NCBI GenBank assembly: GCA_008632985.1
Contig: QPGO01000127.1
Coordinates: 186,001-242,161 of the forward strand
Length of the DNA: 56,161 nt
Direction of reading: 5' to 3'
Source: Psammoneis japonica
Taxonomy: Eukaryota
Below, piece by piece: positions 37,092 to 49,735 of the stretch. Made by a program: the position numbers and the translations under genes. Under the pieces are notes generated by a model. The model had not been told where the DNA came from. It saw only the letters and a program-made list of their open reading frames with translations, and did no database searches. Position 1 is the first letter of the stretch, and every line of letters begins with the position of its first letter.

Positions 37092-38127
37092 TCACCACGG
37101 TCTGTAATGCCGTCTTATAGCACCATAGTGTCTGCCCCGAAGCCTCGTCGCAGATTCACTGTCTCTGTGAAACAGTGGATACCTTGTGGCCCTGTTTCTT
37201 CCTGACAGGCCTATGTTGTAGTTTTTCCAATAAGGAAACGAATGAGTTGAAGTCTGACTTCCGTGGTATCCAGGTCTTTGATGACTCGGGCGAGAATTTC
37301 GATACGATACACTCCAATTTAGTTGGTACCAAGGACGCCAGTTAGGGTTGATCCTTGTTGCGAGTGAGCTTGTCTCGTCCCTGGGAGGTGTCTCTGATGT
37401 TGGCGCTTGGATAATTGGCGCGGAGATGGTTGGAGCGGTAGGCGCTGGAGTATTCTCATCTTTTCTATAGCAATAATCCCTTCCGTCGCTTCCGCTTCCT
37501 TGACACCCTGGAACCTATTTGACCAAAAAGAAGTTTAGTGACATCGGCTGCAATTTTACATTATCATAAATACAAAAGGGGATACATACCTTTTCATCAT
37601 CAGCACGCTGGAAACAAAGCAACTCTCCCTCGCAGTCATTATCGTCATCGCAGTCAGCCTGACGAGAAAACGTGCGAAGAAGGAAGAATCAAGAGTGACG
37701 CGAGCCCATTCACACGTGAGCACAGAGAGGAGGCGAGAAGAAGAAAGAGTGAGTCAAACAAGCGCTCGACTGAAAAGACGAAAGCAACACATTGATGACC
37801 ATGTCAAAGGAACAAGACGTCTCTTACCTGGCACTCTTTCAAAGGAAAAGCAGACTCAGGCACGTACGTGCCGTTGTAGTCATCGCCAGAATGAACGAGA
37901 AATCCTGGAGGTGGCACATAGCACAAATCGATTCCTCTCTCAGCTGCAGCACTCTCTTGTTCACAACCAGGAACGATTTCTTCGTCATCTCGAGCGTAGC
38001 AGTTTAACCCAAAGCCACAGACAGTGTCATCACCACCGCAATCGCCATTGCAATTTCTTATGGCTTCCAATTGCGCAGAAGCTGAAACAGAGAACGTGAC
38101 CAGCAGCAACAATTGAATGAGCGGCAT
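37092..38127 (-). CDS. Frustulin-like secreted protein with two acidic cysteine-rich (ACR) domains, 3 exons
   Basis: Exons 38127-37828, 37658-37590, 37514-37092 (all phase 0). Signal peptide; CNGDC..C..GLNCYAR..VPGC..DLC and CQADCDDDNDCEGELLCFQR..VPGCQG..DYC; Pro-rich linker. Confidence 0.85.
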
Positions 38128-38429
38128 TATGAACCTCTTCGATGCGACTGCTTCTTTTACTCGTTGATCTTTACTCCCCATGTTCTTTCTTGATTTGGAG
38201 GAACGGCAAAACACATAATTTCGCTATTGTTTGGTTGAATACGGTGACAGCTGCAGGAGAGCGTTTTCGTTCATGTTTTTCCGACTGGCGGTTGATTCGT
38301 GATTCGGGATTGCGGACCTTAAATGTGTGTCTGCGACAAAATTGCAATAAATAAGCAAACTATGTTTCCTAATGTCAATGTCATACTAGGTGTAGTACCC
38401 ACATTATGTCCTTTCTTTTTCAAGACGAA

Positions 38430-40950
38430 AACAGCCAATGTGGCCACACTGAGTGTGCACCGGTGCTGTGTGGCCGAGGTGCAGTGGAGAAATCAATCTG
38501 CATCGATCGACAGCAGAGCGGTGATGAAAGCATGCTGTACAGCATTTCGGATGGAAGGAACTGAGGTTGTGCACCATGTCTAGAGAGGGCCAGCATTGTG
38601 GTCTGCATTGATGATCATGCACAGCTTGATTGTGGCAAGGAGAGCAAGGGGGGCAAGCAGGCAAGGAGGAAGCACACTGTCAAAAGAGAGCTGGCCATTC
38701 ACTGGCTGGAGTTTTCCACTTGTGGTGCTCCATGACATCAGTCAAGAGATCTTCTGGTGATCCAATTCTTGTTCATCTCTTTCTTGTTCTCCTTGCTGCT
38801 GGTTGTTGGCGGTTCATGAACAAGGCCACTCTCTTCCTCTCCAAAGCCCACCGTGCATCTCTCCTCTGCCAACAAGCCTCTCTAAAGTCAGGCTCACATG
38901 CAGGCAATGTGGCAGCCAAGCAGACTGCCTGCCCCTGTGCTCTCAATCTCTTTCCAAATTGAGTCATGAAATGTTGCTTCTTGGCTTGTGCTGGGACTTT
39001 TGTCCTCTTGACACACACGAGCTTCCAAAGAAATTGGCTTGGTGTGCGGCCCCTCAAAGTGCTGCCCACAATTTGAGCTTTGCACTTGGGTTGAAGAAGA
39101 GCATGAGTTTTTCACTGCTCTGACACTCTCAGGTCAATCTTGTCAAAATCTGAGCTTGCAAGCTCACGGCCACATCTCTGGCGCACTCGCCTTTTTCAAC
39201 TGGTGTTTTGCAAAATGGCATTTGAAAAGTGCACAAACAGACAGGATACAAACCAGTGCTTCAAAATGACTGTGAACCACCTGCTTTGATTTTGCCTTGT
39301 TGGCAACCATGAGTGACACCCTTGGCAATGTTGCCATTGAGTTTGCTGGTCCGCCAGCAACACAGTCGAGCAAGGATTTTGCCCAAGTGTCAGGATGAGC
39401 ATGTGTTGACAGCAAAAATCCAAGTCAGTCTGTCAATCACCTGCTTGCCAGCACAGCTGACAAGTTTGAGCTCAGTTTTGCTCTCTGACCCAACAAAAAT
39501 TCACACTCTGTTTTTGGCGCCAAAAAATTGGGGCCTCTTGGTGCTCTCAGCTTCTGTGTGGCAGAGCTCCTGCACACCTTCTCTGCAACTTTCTTGCAAA
39601 ACAATGGGAAAATGGCACACAAGGATTGTGCCCACAATTTCCAACAACTGGCTGGTCACAATGGTGCAAACAGCCAGGCAAGTCTTGCTGCATGCATTTG
39701 GCTGATGCCAGCACTGCTGCCAATTGATGTGTGCAGCGTGCATCAGAGCTGTGGACTTTTCTGGTCCCCTCCTCTGTCAATGCCCCCCCCTCCAGTGCCA
39801 CCATGAAACCTCATGATGCCATCCTTTTTATGATGCAACAGGCTGTTTTCATTGCTTTGAGCTTGGGACTGGGCTTTCAAGATTTGTTTCATTGGAGGGG
39901 CCAAAAATTGTTCTGCATTGCTGGAGCCAACTGTGCAGCTCTTTGCTTTGCCCACTTGTTGAGGTGTCTTGCAGGTGCCATGAGCACACAGAAAAACCAA
40001 GCTCAGCACCCCATTGCTGGGGCCACAACCCCAGGGGTGCTTGCACTTGGACTTGGCAAGATTGACACCCTGCAGTGCACTCCAGCCATGGCTGGGTGGG
40101 GCTCTCTGTGTGTGACAGGGGCCACAGAGTTCCACATCATGTGAGCTCTGCAGCTTGCATGTTGACAGCAGTGGGGGACTTGACTTTGACATCTGAGTGG
40201 CTGAATGACCAGGTTTGCAGCTCAGTTGTGCCTCTTCACACTCAAACATTTTGAAAATCTGCCTGCACCAATGTGCTCTGCAAAATGTCAAAAGTTGTTG
40301 GGTGGATCACCAAACAATTGCACCACAAAGTGCCACAAAATGCAACCAAAAACACATGGAAATGAAAGTGAATGATGTGTGGTGCATGACAAAAAATGTC
40401 GATGCAAAAAATTTCACAGCCCAGTGTTGTGATGTCCCACCCGGAGCTGGAGTGTGCCCTCATCTGTGCCCCCACTTGTGAGCCAGAATTGTCCATTGCA
40501 TTAAGGCTCAAACACATTGTGCCACAGTCACTTGCAGAGGAGAGCTTGTCTGTCCATTGGCCATGATTCAATCATGGTGGCAGATTGCATGTTTCAAGCC
40601 AGTGTTGTGCCAGCAAGCGGAACATCCATGTGTCATGGCAGCTGGCTGGAGAGCAGCTCAGTGTCTCAGCCCACCCAAGACCATGGAAATGCCAAAGAAA
40701 TGAAACACAATGAAAGCATTTCAATGCAGGAAAAAGGCCGGCCAATGCAATCTGTTCACAACACCCACAAAAATGTTTTTCTTGTGAACTTTTCAAGGAA
40801 GAGTGTGAAAATGCACAGATCCACATTTGTCCAAACCAGACTTGTCATGCTCAAGCCACTGACACTGGTGAGCAACTGTTCAACCATTTGATTCTTCTTT
40901 CCCTGTTGCATCAATCACATGGTTCACATGGCCTTCCAAGTCGAGAACTC
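38430..40950. mobile_element. TpA/CpG-depleted decayed block, possibly a Mutator-like transposase relic
   Basis: Near absence of TpA. 'FTAQCCDVPPGAGVCPH' near 40410-40465 loosely resembles a SWIM finger; weak. Confidence 0.35.
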
Positions 40951-41144
40951 GATAAAGCGTGGCCTGCCACCGCAGAGGTGGCTCTAGCTAACAAAGCAAA
41001 CAGCAGGCATCGTACAAGAATGGGAAAGGGGTGGACAGACACCGGGAGCAAGTATAATTGAATTGGATGCACGTGCTGAACTAGATATATGGTCCATCTC
41101 TCTAGAAGAATGAATTCTAGTGCATGCCCCCTTTTGAACAGGCC

Positions 41145-42579
41145 TTAAAGAGGGGAATCCACCAAGACTGCTCCTCGACCACGTTCTTCGATGCAAGTAA
41201 TCATTGCATCCACGACAATCATAAATCGCCGGTCTAACGCAGCAAGGTCGTCACGGGTCAAAATGGCTTTGTTCTCATTATTCGGGTTATACCACGGATG
41301 CGTTGCAATGTCAACTGACGTTAGGTACAGTAGGATATCAGATATCTGTGCGTCCCATCTTGATATTTGTAGGAGATGCTCATATTTAGTATTGCGTAAC
41401 GTACAACAGCTCGTCAAGGGCATCAGCAGTTTCATGTCATCGTATGAAGAAGAATTTGGTTGAAAGCCCTTTCCCTGATCAATAAGTAGAACCCCACCAT
41501 TTTCCTCCTTGTCAATGAACTCATGTTGATGGCGGTCGCCATTCTGGATTAGGAAATCTATTATCGATGTCTCGACGACATCAAGGATCCGAGGTTCAAT
41601 GGGAAAATCGGGCTTGACATGGACATCGCAGTAATCCTTTGAGTTCATGAGTTCCATTGGTTTCTTGGAAGTGTCGCCAAGCGCGTGAAGTGGAAATCTG
41701 GTACGCTCTTGCCCAATGACAAGGGCTGATCTATTGCGTATTTCCTTGGGCAGCATCAGAATCATGACACCCTCCATCCTACTGTCTCTCTCTTCCGGGC
41801 ACACGGGATCGATGCAGAATTTGCATATTCCATTGAAACAATTCCTTTTCCCATGTTCATCTTCCATAAAGGTGTTGCGAAACTCGGGTGTCGCCACAGG
41901 ATATATTTCCTTTTCAATGTCCAGTCGTCGTCCAACCGCAATCGGCGCTCGTAGAATGTTCAAGAGTCGGGATAAATGAAACGCAGCAATCTCCGAGTTG
42001 TGGAGGTCAGCGCCTTCTTCCGTTTGCTTCGGTTTGAAAATCGCTTCTTGACCACCCTCGAGTTCCAATAAGAGCTTGAGCTGGGTGCCGCCTGTTGCGG
42101 AACGCGCCTTGAGAATCGTTCCGTTACGAAGAAGTTCAAGATGCGAGCGAGTTCCTCATTGTCGATGACCGGTGGCAGGACCTGCCTTGGGGTAATCCAT
42201 TTGTAAGGAGCCTGCCAAACTTTCGCGGGGTCTCGGTGGCAGTTTGTTTGTTGTCTGATAAAATCGTGTCGTTTCTTAGCATTTCCAGCCATGCATTGGC
42301 TTGAATAATCGCGGGACCAAGGTGATCGCTCGTTGATTCAGATGATTCCCAAATGTTCAAAATGTCGCGATGTGAGAAATTACTTTCGAAAGTAGCCATG
42401 GTGTTTTGGGAGATACAAATCTCGTCTACAAGAAAAAAGGTCCACATTGTCGCCACAGCCAAGAGCAAACATTTTCGGAACGACCAAACAACATCCCAGA
42501 TTGGCTGGCCAAGACGAATCATCAAACTCTGCGTCATGTTTGTATTTTTTAATAAAGTGCGCAACGATTTTTTAAGCAT
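41145..42579 (-). CDS. FAM20-family secretory-pathway kinase (FAM20B/C-like) with N-terminal TM; two apparent 1-bp frameshifts
   Basis: GGTQLKLLLELEGGQEAIFKP, HNSEIAAFHLSRLL, DFLIQNGDRH, LLIDQGKGF. Three ORF pieces join by adding one base near 42228 and 42140. Confidence 0.85.
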
Positions 42580-43007
42580 CTTCTATTCTATTGAAGCCTT
42601 TCTTGCCATTGGTAGAGTAGTGCCATCAAACATGACGACAACCCCAACACCCAAACGCCGAGAAAACCATTGTCAACGCGTCCTCCGCTGACGCTCGAAG
42701 CCGAGTCATTGTGCACATGCCTTTGATAAAAATCTGAAAATGTCTGGCTTATGTATCATAAGATTTCCAAGATCGAATGATGACCATTTAGCCCTGAATA
42801 ATATTCATAGAGTTTTTTGAAATATTTGCACTGAAGGCGTTGCGCGAATGAGATGCTTTGCGCGATTGGAGAACGAAGGAACAGGGAAAGCAGCTGCCGA
42901 CATCAAATTCCAAAATGCTCTGCTAGCTAGTACGGAACTTGTGTCACAAACTTCGACACAAACAAGATCTTTGGCGTTTCACAACTCGTTACCAGGATTA
43001 TATCATC

Positions 43008-43621
43008 ATGTCTCCAATGGAACCGGTTCTCAGCATGGTCAAGGAAGTCCTTGACTCTGCGGCGATGGACAAGATCCCCAAGAAATTCTGCAGGGCTGCA
43101 AAGGTGTCGCAATCATTTCTTCCATGGAAATCGCCTTTATGATTAGTGGTGGAGGAGGTGACGGCGTCGTCTTAAAGAAGAACGAAGACGGTAGTTGGAG
43201 TCCTCCATCTGCTCTAGCCATTAACTTTGTCGGTGCCGGAGTCAATTTCGGTATGGCCGAGAAGTACGTTCTTCTATTCCCCATGTCTGAGAAAGGCTTG
43301 GAGCAACTTGTGGACGATCAGTTCAAGGGAGGCCTCGAAGCAGGCTTTGCGGCCGGACCAGTAGGCCGTGAAGTGGAAACCGCCCTGACGGCGGGAGGCG
43401 AGGGTCTCAGGACAACCTTCTCGTATGTAATCGAGAAGGGAGCCATTATCAAGGCTGGAGTCAGCGCGGCTTCGATTCACCAAGCCAAAAAGGCAAACGC
43501 CGAGTTTTATGACTCTGATGAAGCATCGCAGGCCATTGTCTTTAGGCCTGGTGCCGTCAAGATTCCGGAAGGAAAGGGCGTTGAGGAGATTCACGAAAAG
43601 TTGACGGCGCTCTGTGCTTAG
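43008..43621 (+). CDS. YSC84/SYLF lipid- and actin-binding domain protein; one apparent 1-bp frameshift
   Basis: IPKK(I)LQGCKGVAII..AFMISGGGGDGVV..GSWSPPSA..AAGPVGR..ANAEFY. Frameshift in the A-run near 43085. Confidence 0.85.
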
Positions 43622-44296
43622 AAAAGGATGATCTGGAGTAGAGATCTTCAGTATACGCTGAAACCAGGATTCTGGACACTTCATTAATGTTAAAAATATA
43701 ATAATATTCCCATTGGATTGTCTTCATCTTCCGCATTTCGCCTTCGTTGACTTGTTAGTCGAGCCATTCCTCGTCGCCAGCTAAACGAGCCTAATTGTCA
43801 TCTTCTGCGTTTTCATCCTCGTGGACATGCCAGTCATTCCAATCTAGGCCACCAGCTTGTTTATACATAAAAAAGATCAGAATCTCCCATTCACCAATGG
43901 TCAATCGATATATTCAAACGATCTTAAGATACCCAGGATCATAATCTCCCCTGCAATCAATCTCCTCTTTAGTCTCTTTGCAAAGCATGAACTATCGCCT
44001 GCTCATGACTGTGCTTCCTGCTTTGATTGCGCTACTCCTTTCCGAACGGAAGCACGAAGAGAATGCCCGAATGATACTTTACAATCAATCCCGTGGATAT
44101 GTGGAAAAAGTAATACCAGATAAACTATGGAGGAGGAAATCCTTCGAGAGTGACGTAAGTAGCTTCTATTATGCGAGCACCAAAACCGAAGCTTTCACTC
44201 TGATTGACAGGGTATACAGCCTTCTGGAAACGAGGCAAAAGATGTGTAACCATGGACTACAATGACAATACCGCCGAGTCAAATTCTGTAAAATTA

Positions 44297-44806
44297 CTAA
44301 AGGATATTCAAAACAAGATCGTCAGGCTTCTTTCCCATTTTGCCTTCTGCCTTGACGCCACATTCGGTCTTTTTGGAAAACTTGCCATCCTTTTTCGCAT
44401 ATGTAACTTTACATCCCCACTCCATGTGCGCCTTTCCACCAAATTCAATTGTCTTTTCAAAACCCTCCTCTTCGTCTTCGGGATCCATGACATCCAGAAA
44501 ACCAGCCAATTCTTCAAATTCCCCCAGTACGTCGTGTTTGTCGGGGACCACCAAGCAATCCTTGGCACTCAAATCATCCACAAGCGCTTGTGCCACATCC
44601 TCATACGAGGCTCCCAAGGAAAATTCCTGTCTCATGCCACCCTCACACGTCTTGGTGCCACCCTTTCCAATCTCAAACCCACCGTGACACTTGAAACCCT
44701 TTTCAATGCAAAACTCTGCACCGTCAACACCATCACGCGTTTCGTCTTGGGCATGCGCCACACTGAGAATCAAAAACGAGATAGTGGTGGTGGTAGTGAA
44801 TCGCAT
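44297..44806 (-). CDS. Small secreted acidic/Lys-rich protein of unknown function
   Basis: 169-aa frame with a signal peptide (MRF..SVAHA-Q) and six Cys. Confidence 0.7.
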   Translation of the reverse strand: MRFTTTTTISFLILSVAHAQDETRDGVDGAEFCIEKGFKCHGGFEIGKGGTKTCEGGMRQEFSLGASYEDVAQALVDDLSAKDCLVVPDKHDVLGEFEELAGFLDVMDPEDEEEGFEKTIEFGGKAHMEWGCKVTYAKKDGKFSKKTECGVKAEGKMGKKPDDLVLNIL

Positions 44807-44832
44807 GGTTGTGTGGATATGGAATAGAAGTG

Positions 44833-47800
44833 TGCCGAGTATCGCGGTCATCTATATTCATTCGTATATTCATTCGTGGGTGTCAACCTGGTGTCAAAAG
44901 TGTCAAAAGGATGTCAACGATGACACTTTCTAGAAACCTCTTCTCCTTTCTCGATACATCTCGATGCCTTTCGAAAGATTGTTTCTTTATATTTCTACGC
45001 GGTTTCTTAGTATTAATTCTACGAGATTTCGGAGTAGCCGAATCTCTTTCATTTCTTCTCACAACATTAGCAACAGTCAACTTTACAACGCTACTTTATA
45101 CTATTACTTGGCGCCACTTGGCATAGTAAATTTACTCCCAAACACTTATTCATCTCTCTTGAGATATATCTACCGATCATATTGTCCTGACCAGACATGT
45201 CAGCAGAAAACTGCCCATTCGAACTTGAGCGTCCTGACCGCTCTGAGGAAGAGCGACGCAAAGACCAATTCGTGTCTTTTGAAAGCCCCATTGATCCTGA
45301 CGATCCAGATGGGCTTAAAACTACGATCGAGGTACGTAAGTTAGCTTCAACTGAACCGGAAGATGTTCTTACCTTCTGGTCAAACTTCGATGAACTTATC
45401 AACGATCTCGGTGCGGCTGAAGGACAGCCACGTTTCCGGCTCGTGACCAGACTTATGACCGGAACACCAAAAGACGACTGGGAAATCGTCGTAGACGATT
45501 ACGAAAACCGCGACCAAGTTACATTCGATACTTGTCGTGAAGAATTTCTACTCCAACACATGGATAGAGAAATTGCCCTTGATGCTAAGGAATGGCTTCA
45601 AAGCCTTAAGAAACCCAGGAACCAAACTGTCAAGTCATTTGTTAATGACATCCGTCGCTTTAATAAGTTGATTAATATCATGCCTACGCCAACCGAAGAT
45701 GACGCCGAAAGAGTTCCGTCATTCACGGAAGCGGAATTATCCGCAATCCTTCGAAAATGTGGACCAAGATCATGGGCCGAAACTCAGACTAAAGCCCGTC
45801 TTCGCAACTTAAACTTGAACGACCAAGCTCAATACTACGAGACTCTCCGACGTATGGAACGACGTGGTGACAAAGGGTCTACCGACAACAACAGACGCAA
45901 CAACAATGGGAATCAACGCAACAACGGTCGACATGCGCGTCACGGCCAGAACAACGACCAAAATCGCGATGCCAGGAACAGGAACCAAAACAATCGTGAA
46001 CAAACATGTCCAATCCATGGCGTTGTACATCCGAACGGTCAAGAATGCAATATCATCCGTCGTGAACGTGAAAATTATGAGCGGAACCGCGCAAATCGGA
46101 ATGCGCCGAATCAACAAAATGACTCTCGAAACGAGCCGACACACCGCCATCCCACACGGAGCCGCACACGGAACGTCGAAAACAATGATGTGGACTCCAA
46201 AGCCAGTCGCTCCGCTTCTAACGATGTCGATAGCGTCGCGTCAGACGATGTCAACGACATTTTTGAAGACGTCACGTCTCTTCTAGACGATTCCATCGAA
46301 TCCGAAATAGAAGACAATCTTACCACGGAAGCGCGTGTCCAGATGATTGATGCTCATTCTGGAATGCACAAGTTCCGTGTTGCTCTACTCGATACCGGCG
46401 CAAATCGCAATTTTGTGAAGCGCTCAGCCCTTCGCGGGATTCCTCACAAAATCCGTAAATGTAACGTTCCCGTTAAAGGCCGTTACAGTGCCGTTAATCT
46501 ACACGAGATTGCGACGCTGACATTGAAGTTCCCAGACTTCGCATCGTCCAAGAAGGTTTCCGTCGATGCTCATGTGGAAGACAAAGCCGTAGGAAAACAC
46601 GACATTATCATCGGAAGAAAAACCGCCACAGAAATGGGACTCGTTTTTGATTTTCGACATCAAACAATCACGTGGGGCGATGTTACCCTATCCATGCGAT
46701 CCAAGGGCTCTTTCGACCAAGTCGAAGTTAATGCAATTCATCCCGGCGATGCTGAATTACCCAAGTTCTTCCAGAATGCCGTCAACCGTCAGGTTCGAGG
46801 TATGACGAGCAATGCGTACGACAAGCACAATTATCGCGACATGGTTCTACGCTGCAAACACCTTGATGACGATCAACAGCACCAACTCATCGAACTCTTC
46901 GGACGATACCCGCAATTATTCGATGGCACACTTGGAGCTGTACCCGGTAAACCCGTCCATTTGACCCTGAAACCAGGATCGCGTCCGTACTGTGCGAAAG
47001 CTTGCACTATTCCGCAAGCGTTACATCCCATGGCTCGCAAAGAAGTGGATGAATTGGAAAAAATCGATGTCACCACGCGCAAACTTCACTCTCCTTGGGG
47101 CGCACCCTGTCTTTTCCGATCGAAGAAAAGCGGTGGTATCCGTTTCTTATCCGATTTACGGAAACTCAACGAGTGTCTCGAACGGCATCCATGTCCACTA
47201 CCTGTTGTCGACGACGTCGTATGGAAAATGAACGGCTTTACCCATGCGACATGTTTGGACCTCAACCGAGGCTACTGTCACTTCGTGCTTGACGACGAGT
47301 CAAAAAAACTCTGCGGTATCATCCTGCCGTGGGGCAAGCATTGCCACAACCGCCTGCCGCAAGGAATCAAACCGGCAAGCGATGTTTTTCAAGCTTACAT
47401 GACAGATGTTTTTCATGATGTGGAAGACATCACAGTCTACATCGACAACATCATCCTCTTTACCAAGAACAACTTCAACCATCACTGTCAACGACTCGAA
47501 CTCGTCTTGCAACGGCTCCTCGCGAACAATCTTCACGTACATGTCGAAGAATCCTATCTCGCCGCCAAGACCGTCGACTGCTTAGGCTGTGCCATGACTA
47601 CAAAAGGTGTTCAGCCTCAGAAAAAGAAAATCCTACCCTTGCTTCGCTTCGCTCGCCCTCAAAACCGTCGACAATTACGTGGTTTCATCGGGTTCGTGAA
47701 TTATTACAAGAAATTGTGGCACCGACGCAGCCACACTCTTACGCCCTTAACTGCGCTGTCATCAGACAAAGTCAAATTCAAGTGGACTGACGTCCACACG

Positions 47801-49735
47801 GAAGCTTTCAATCAGATGAAAAAAATTGTGGCGCGCGAAATCCTCCTCCGATTCCCCGACTTCTCTCAACCTTTCAACATCTATCCGGATGCGAGTGATT
47901 ATCAACTTGGTGCAGTAATTGCTCAAGATTTTGACGATGGCGAATGGCCAATTGCATTCCACAGCCGAAAATTATCTCAAGCGCAACGAAACTACACGAC
48001 AATGGAAAAAGAGCTGCTGTCGCTCGTGGAAACGACCGAAAATTTCAAAAGCATCCTTTTTGGTCATCGATGCTACCCACCCACCGATCACAAAAATCTT
48101 ACATTTGACAAATTCAAGTCAGAACGCATCAAACGCTGGCGTTTACTTCTCGAGGAATACGATTGCTCTTTCGAGTGCCTGCCAGGCCACAAGAATGTCG
48201 TGGCTGATTTTTTGAGTCGCCACCCCATTGTCCAAGTCGATCAAAGCGATTACGAGGAAATGACTTCGTTGGAAATCGATCCTTCAATATTCCCCGTTAC
48301 TTTCGACATTATCGCCGACCATCAAAAAAAAGATTCTGCTCTTCAGCAACGACTCGACAAGTCCGAATCCTACTCAGCCGAACTGTTCAACGGAAAACAG
48401 ATTATCCTTTACAAGAACAAGATTGTCCTCCCTCCAATGCTTTTTCCTGCAGTTCTACGGTGGTGCCATGAAACTCTCTGCCATCCTGGTGCCAATCGCA
48501 CCTGCCAAACTTTGGCTTCACATTTTTACATTCGCGACATGCAGACGAAAGTCCGTACTTTTGTCCGTAAGTGCCGCACGTGTTCCAAATCCAAGCGTAC
48601 TACGGCAAACTATGGCGAATTACCTCTTCCAGATACTGCTTATAAACCTTGGCAGGCAACTCAAGTCGATCTTTTCGGTCCCTGGACGTATGCCGACAAA
48701 AATGGTGTCGATCGCAAAATCAGAGCCGTTTCAATTATTGATGTCGCAACCCGTTGGGTCGAACTCGGCGAACTATAAGTTCAAAAACGTCCGAAGACAT
48801 TTCACTTATCGTCGATCGCGAGTGGTTTTGTCGCTATCCGCGACCAGAAATTGTCATTTATGACAACGGTTCCGAATTCACTTCCGAGTTTACAGATCTC
48901 CTCTACAGTTATGGTGTTAAACCGAAACCTACAACAATCAAGAATCCTCAAGCCAACGCGTTCGTTGAACGTATTCATCAAGTGATAGCCGATTCTCTCC
49001 GTGCGATGGATCTCCCTTCTCGCGATCATGATGAAGACACAATTCATGGAATTTTGCAATCCGTTGCATGGGCCTTGCGCAGTACCTACCATACTGCCCT
49101 TATGTCGTCTCCCGGACAAATTGTCTTCGGTCGAGACATGATCATTTCTGCTACTTATCTTGCGAACTGGAAAATGATTAATACCCGTCGCAAGCGCGAT
49201 GTCCTACGCAATAATCTCCGCGAAAACGCAAAACGTCTTACTTACGACTACAACATCGGCGATCAAGTCTTCGTTATGACCAAAGACATCCAACGCAAAC
49301 TCAACACCAAAGATGGTCCTTTCTGTATCGTACGTGTCCATACCAATGGAACCGTTACCATCCAGCGCTCGCCTCACGTCACTGAACGTATCCATATCCG
49401 CCGTCTTCACCCTGTCTTCTAACGTCTCAATTGGGGAAGCGAGTGCCGAGTATCGCGGTCATCTATATTCATTCGTATATTCATTCGTGGGTGTCAACCT
49501 GGTGTCAAAAGTGTCAAAAGGATGTCAACGATGACACTTTCTAGAAACCTCTTCTCCTTTCTCGATACATCTCGATGCCTCTCGAAAGATTGTTTCTTTA
49601 TATTTCTACGCGGTTTCTTAGTATTAATTCTACGAGATTTCGGAGTAGGCCGAATCTCTTTCATTTCTTCTCACAATATTAGCAACAGTCAACTTTACAA
49701 CGCTACTTTATACTATTACTTGGCGCCACTTGGCA
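44833..49735 (+). mobile_element. Ty3/Gypsy LTR retrotransposon 2 (young, full length)
   Basis: LTRs TG...CA at 44833-45123 and 49444-49735 with 3 differences, TSD AAGTG, PPT GGGGAAGCGAG. Confidence 0.97.
45197..49422 (+). CDS. Gypsy-2 gag-pol polyprotein, one frameshift near 48765, RT active site YIDN
   Basis: LLDTGA protease, RLPQG and YIDN in RT, DASDYQLGAV RNase H, HETLCHPG..CRTC, DNGSEF, PQANAFVERIH. Confidence 0.93.

Noticed and set aside
43978..44265. 95-aa ORF with hydrophobic N-terminus
   Set aside because: No recognisable domain or supporting gene structure.
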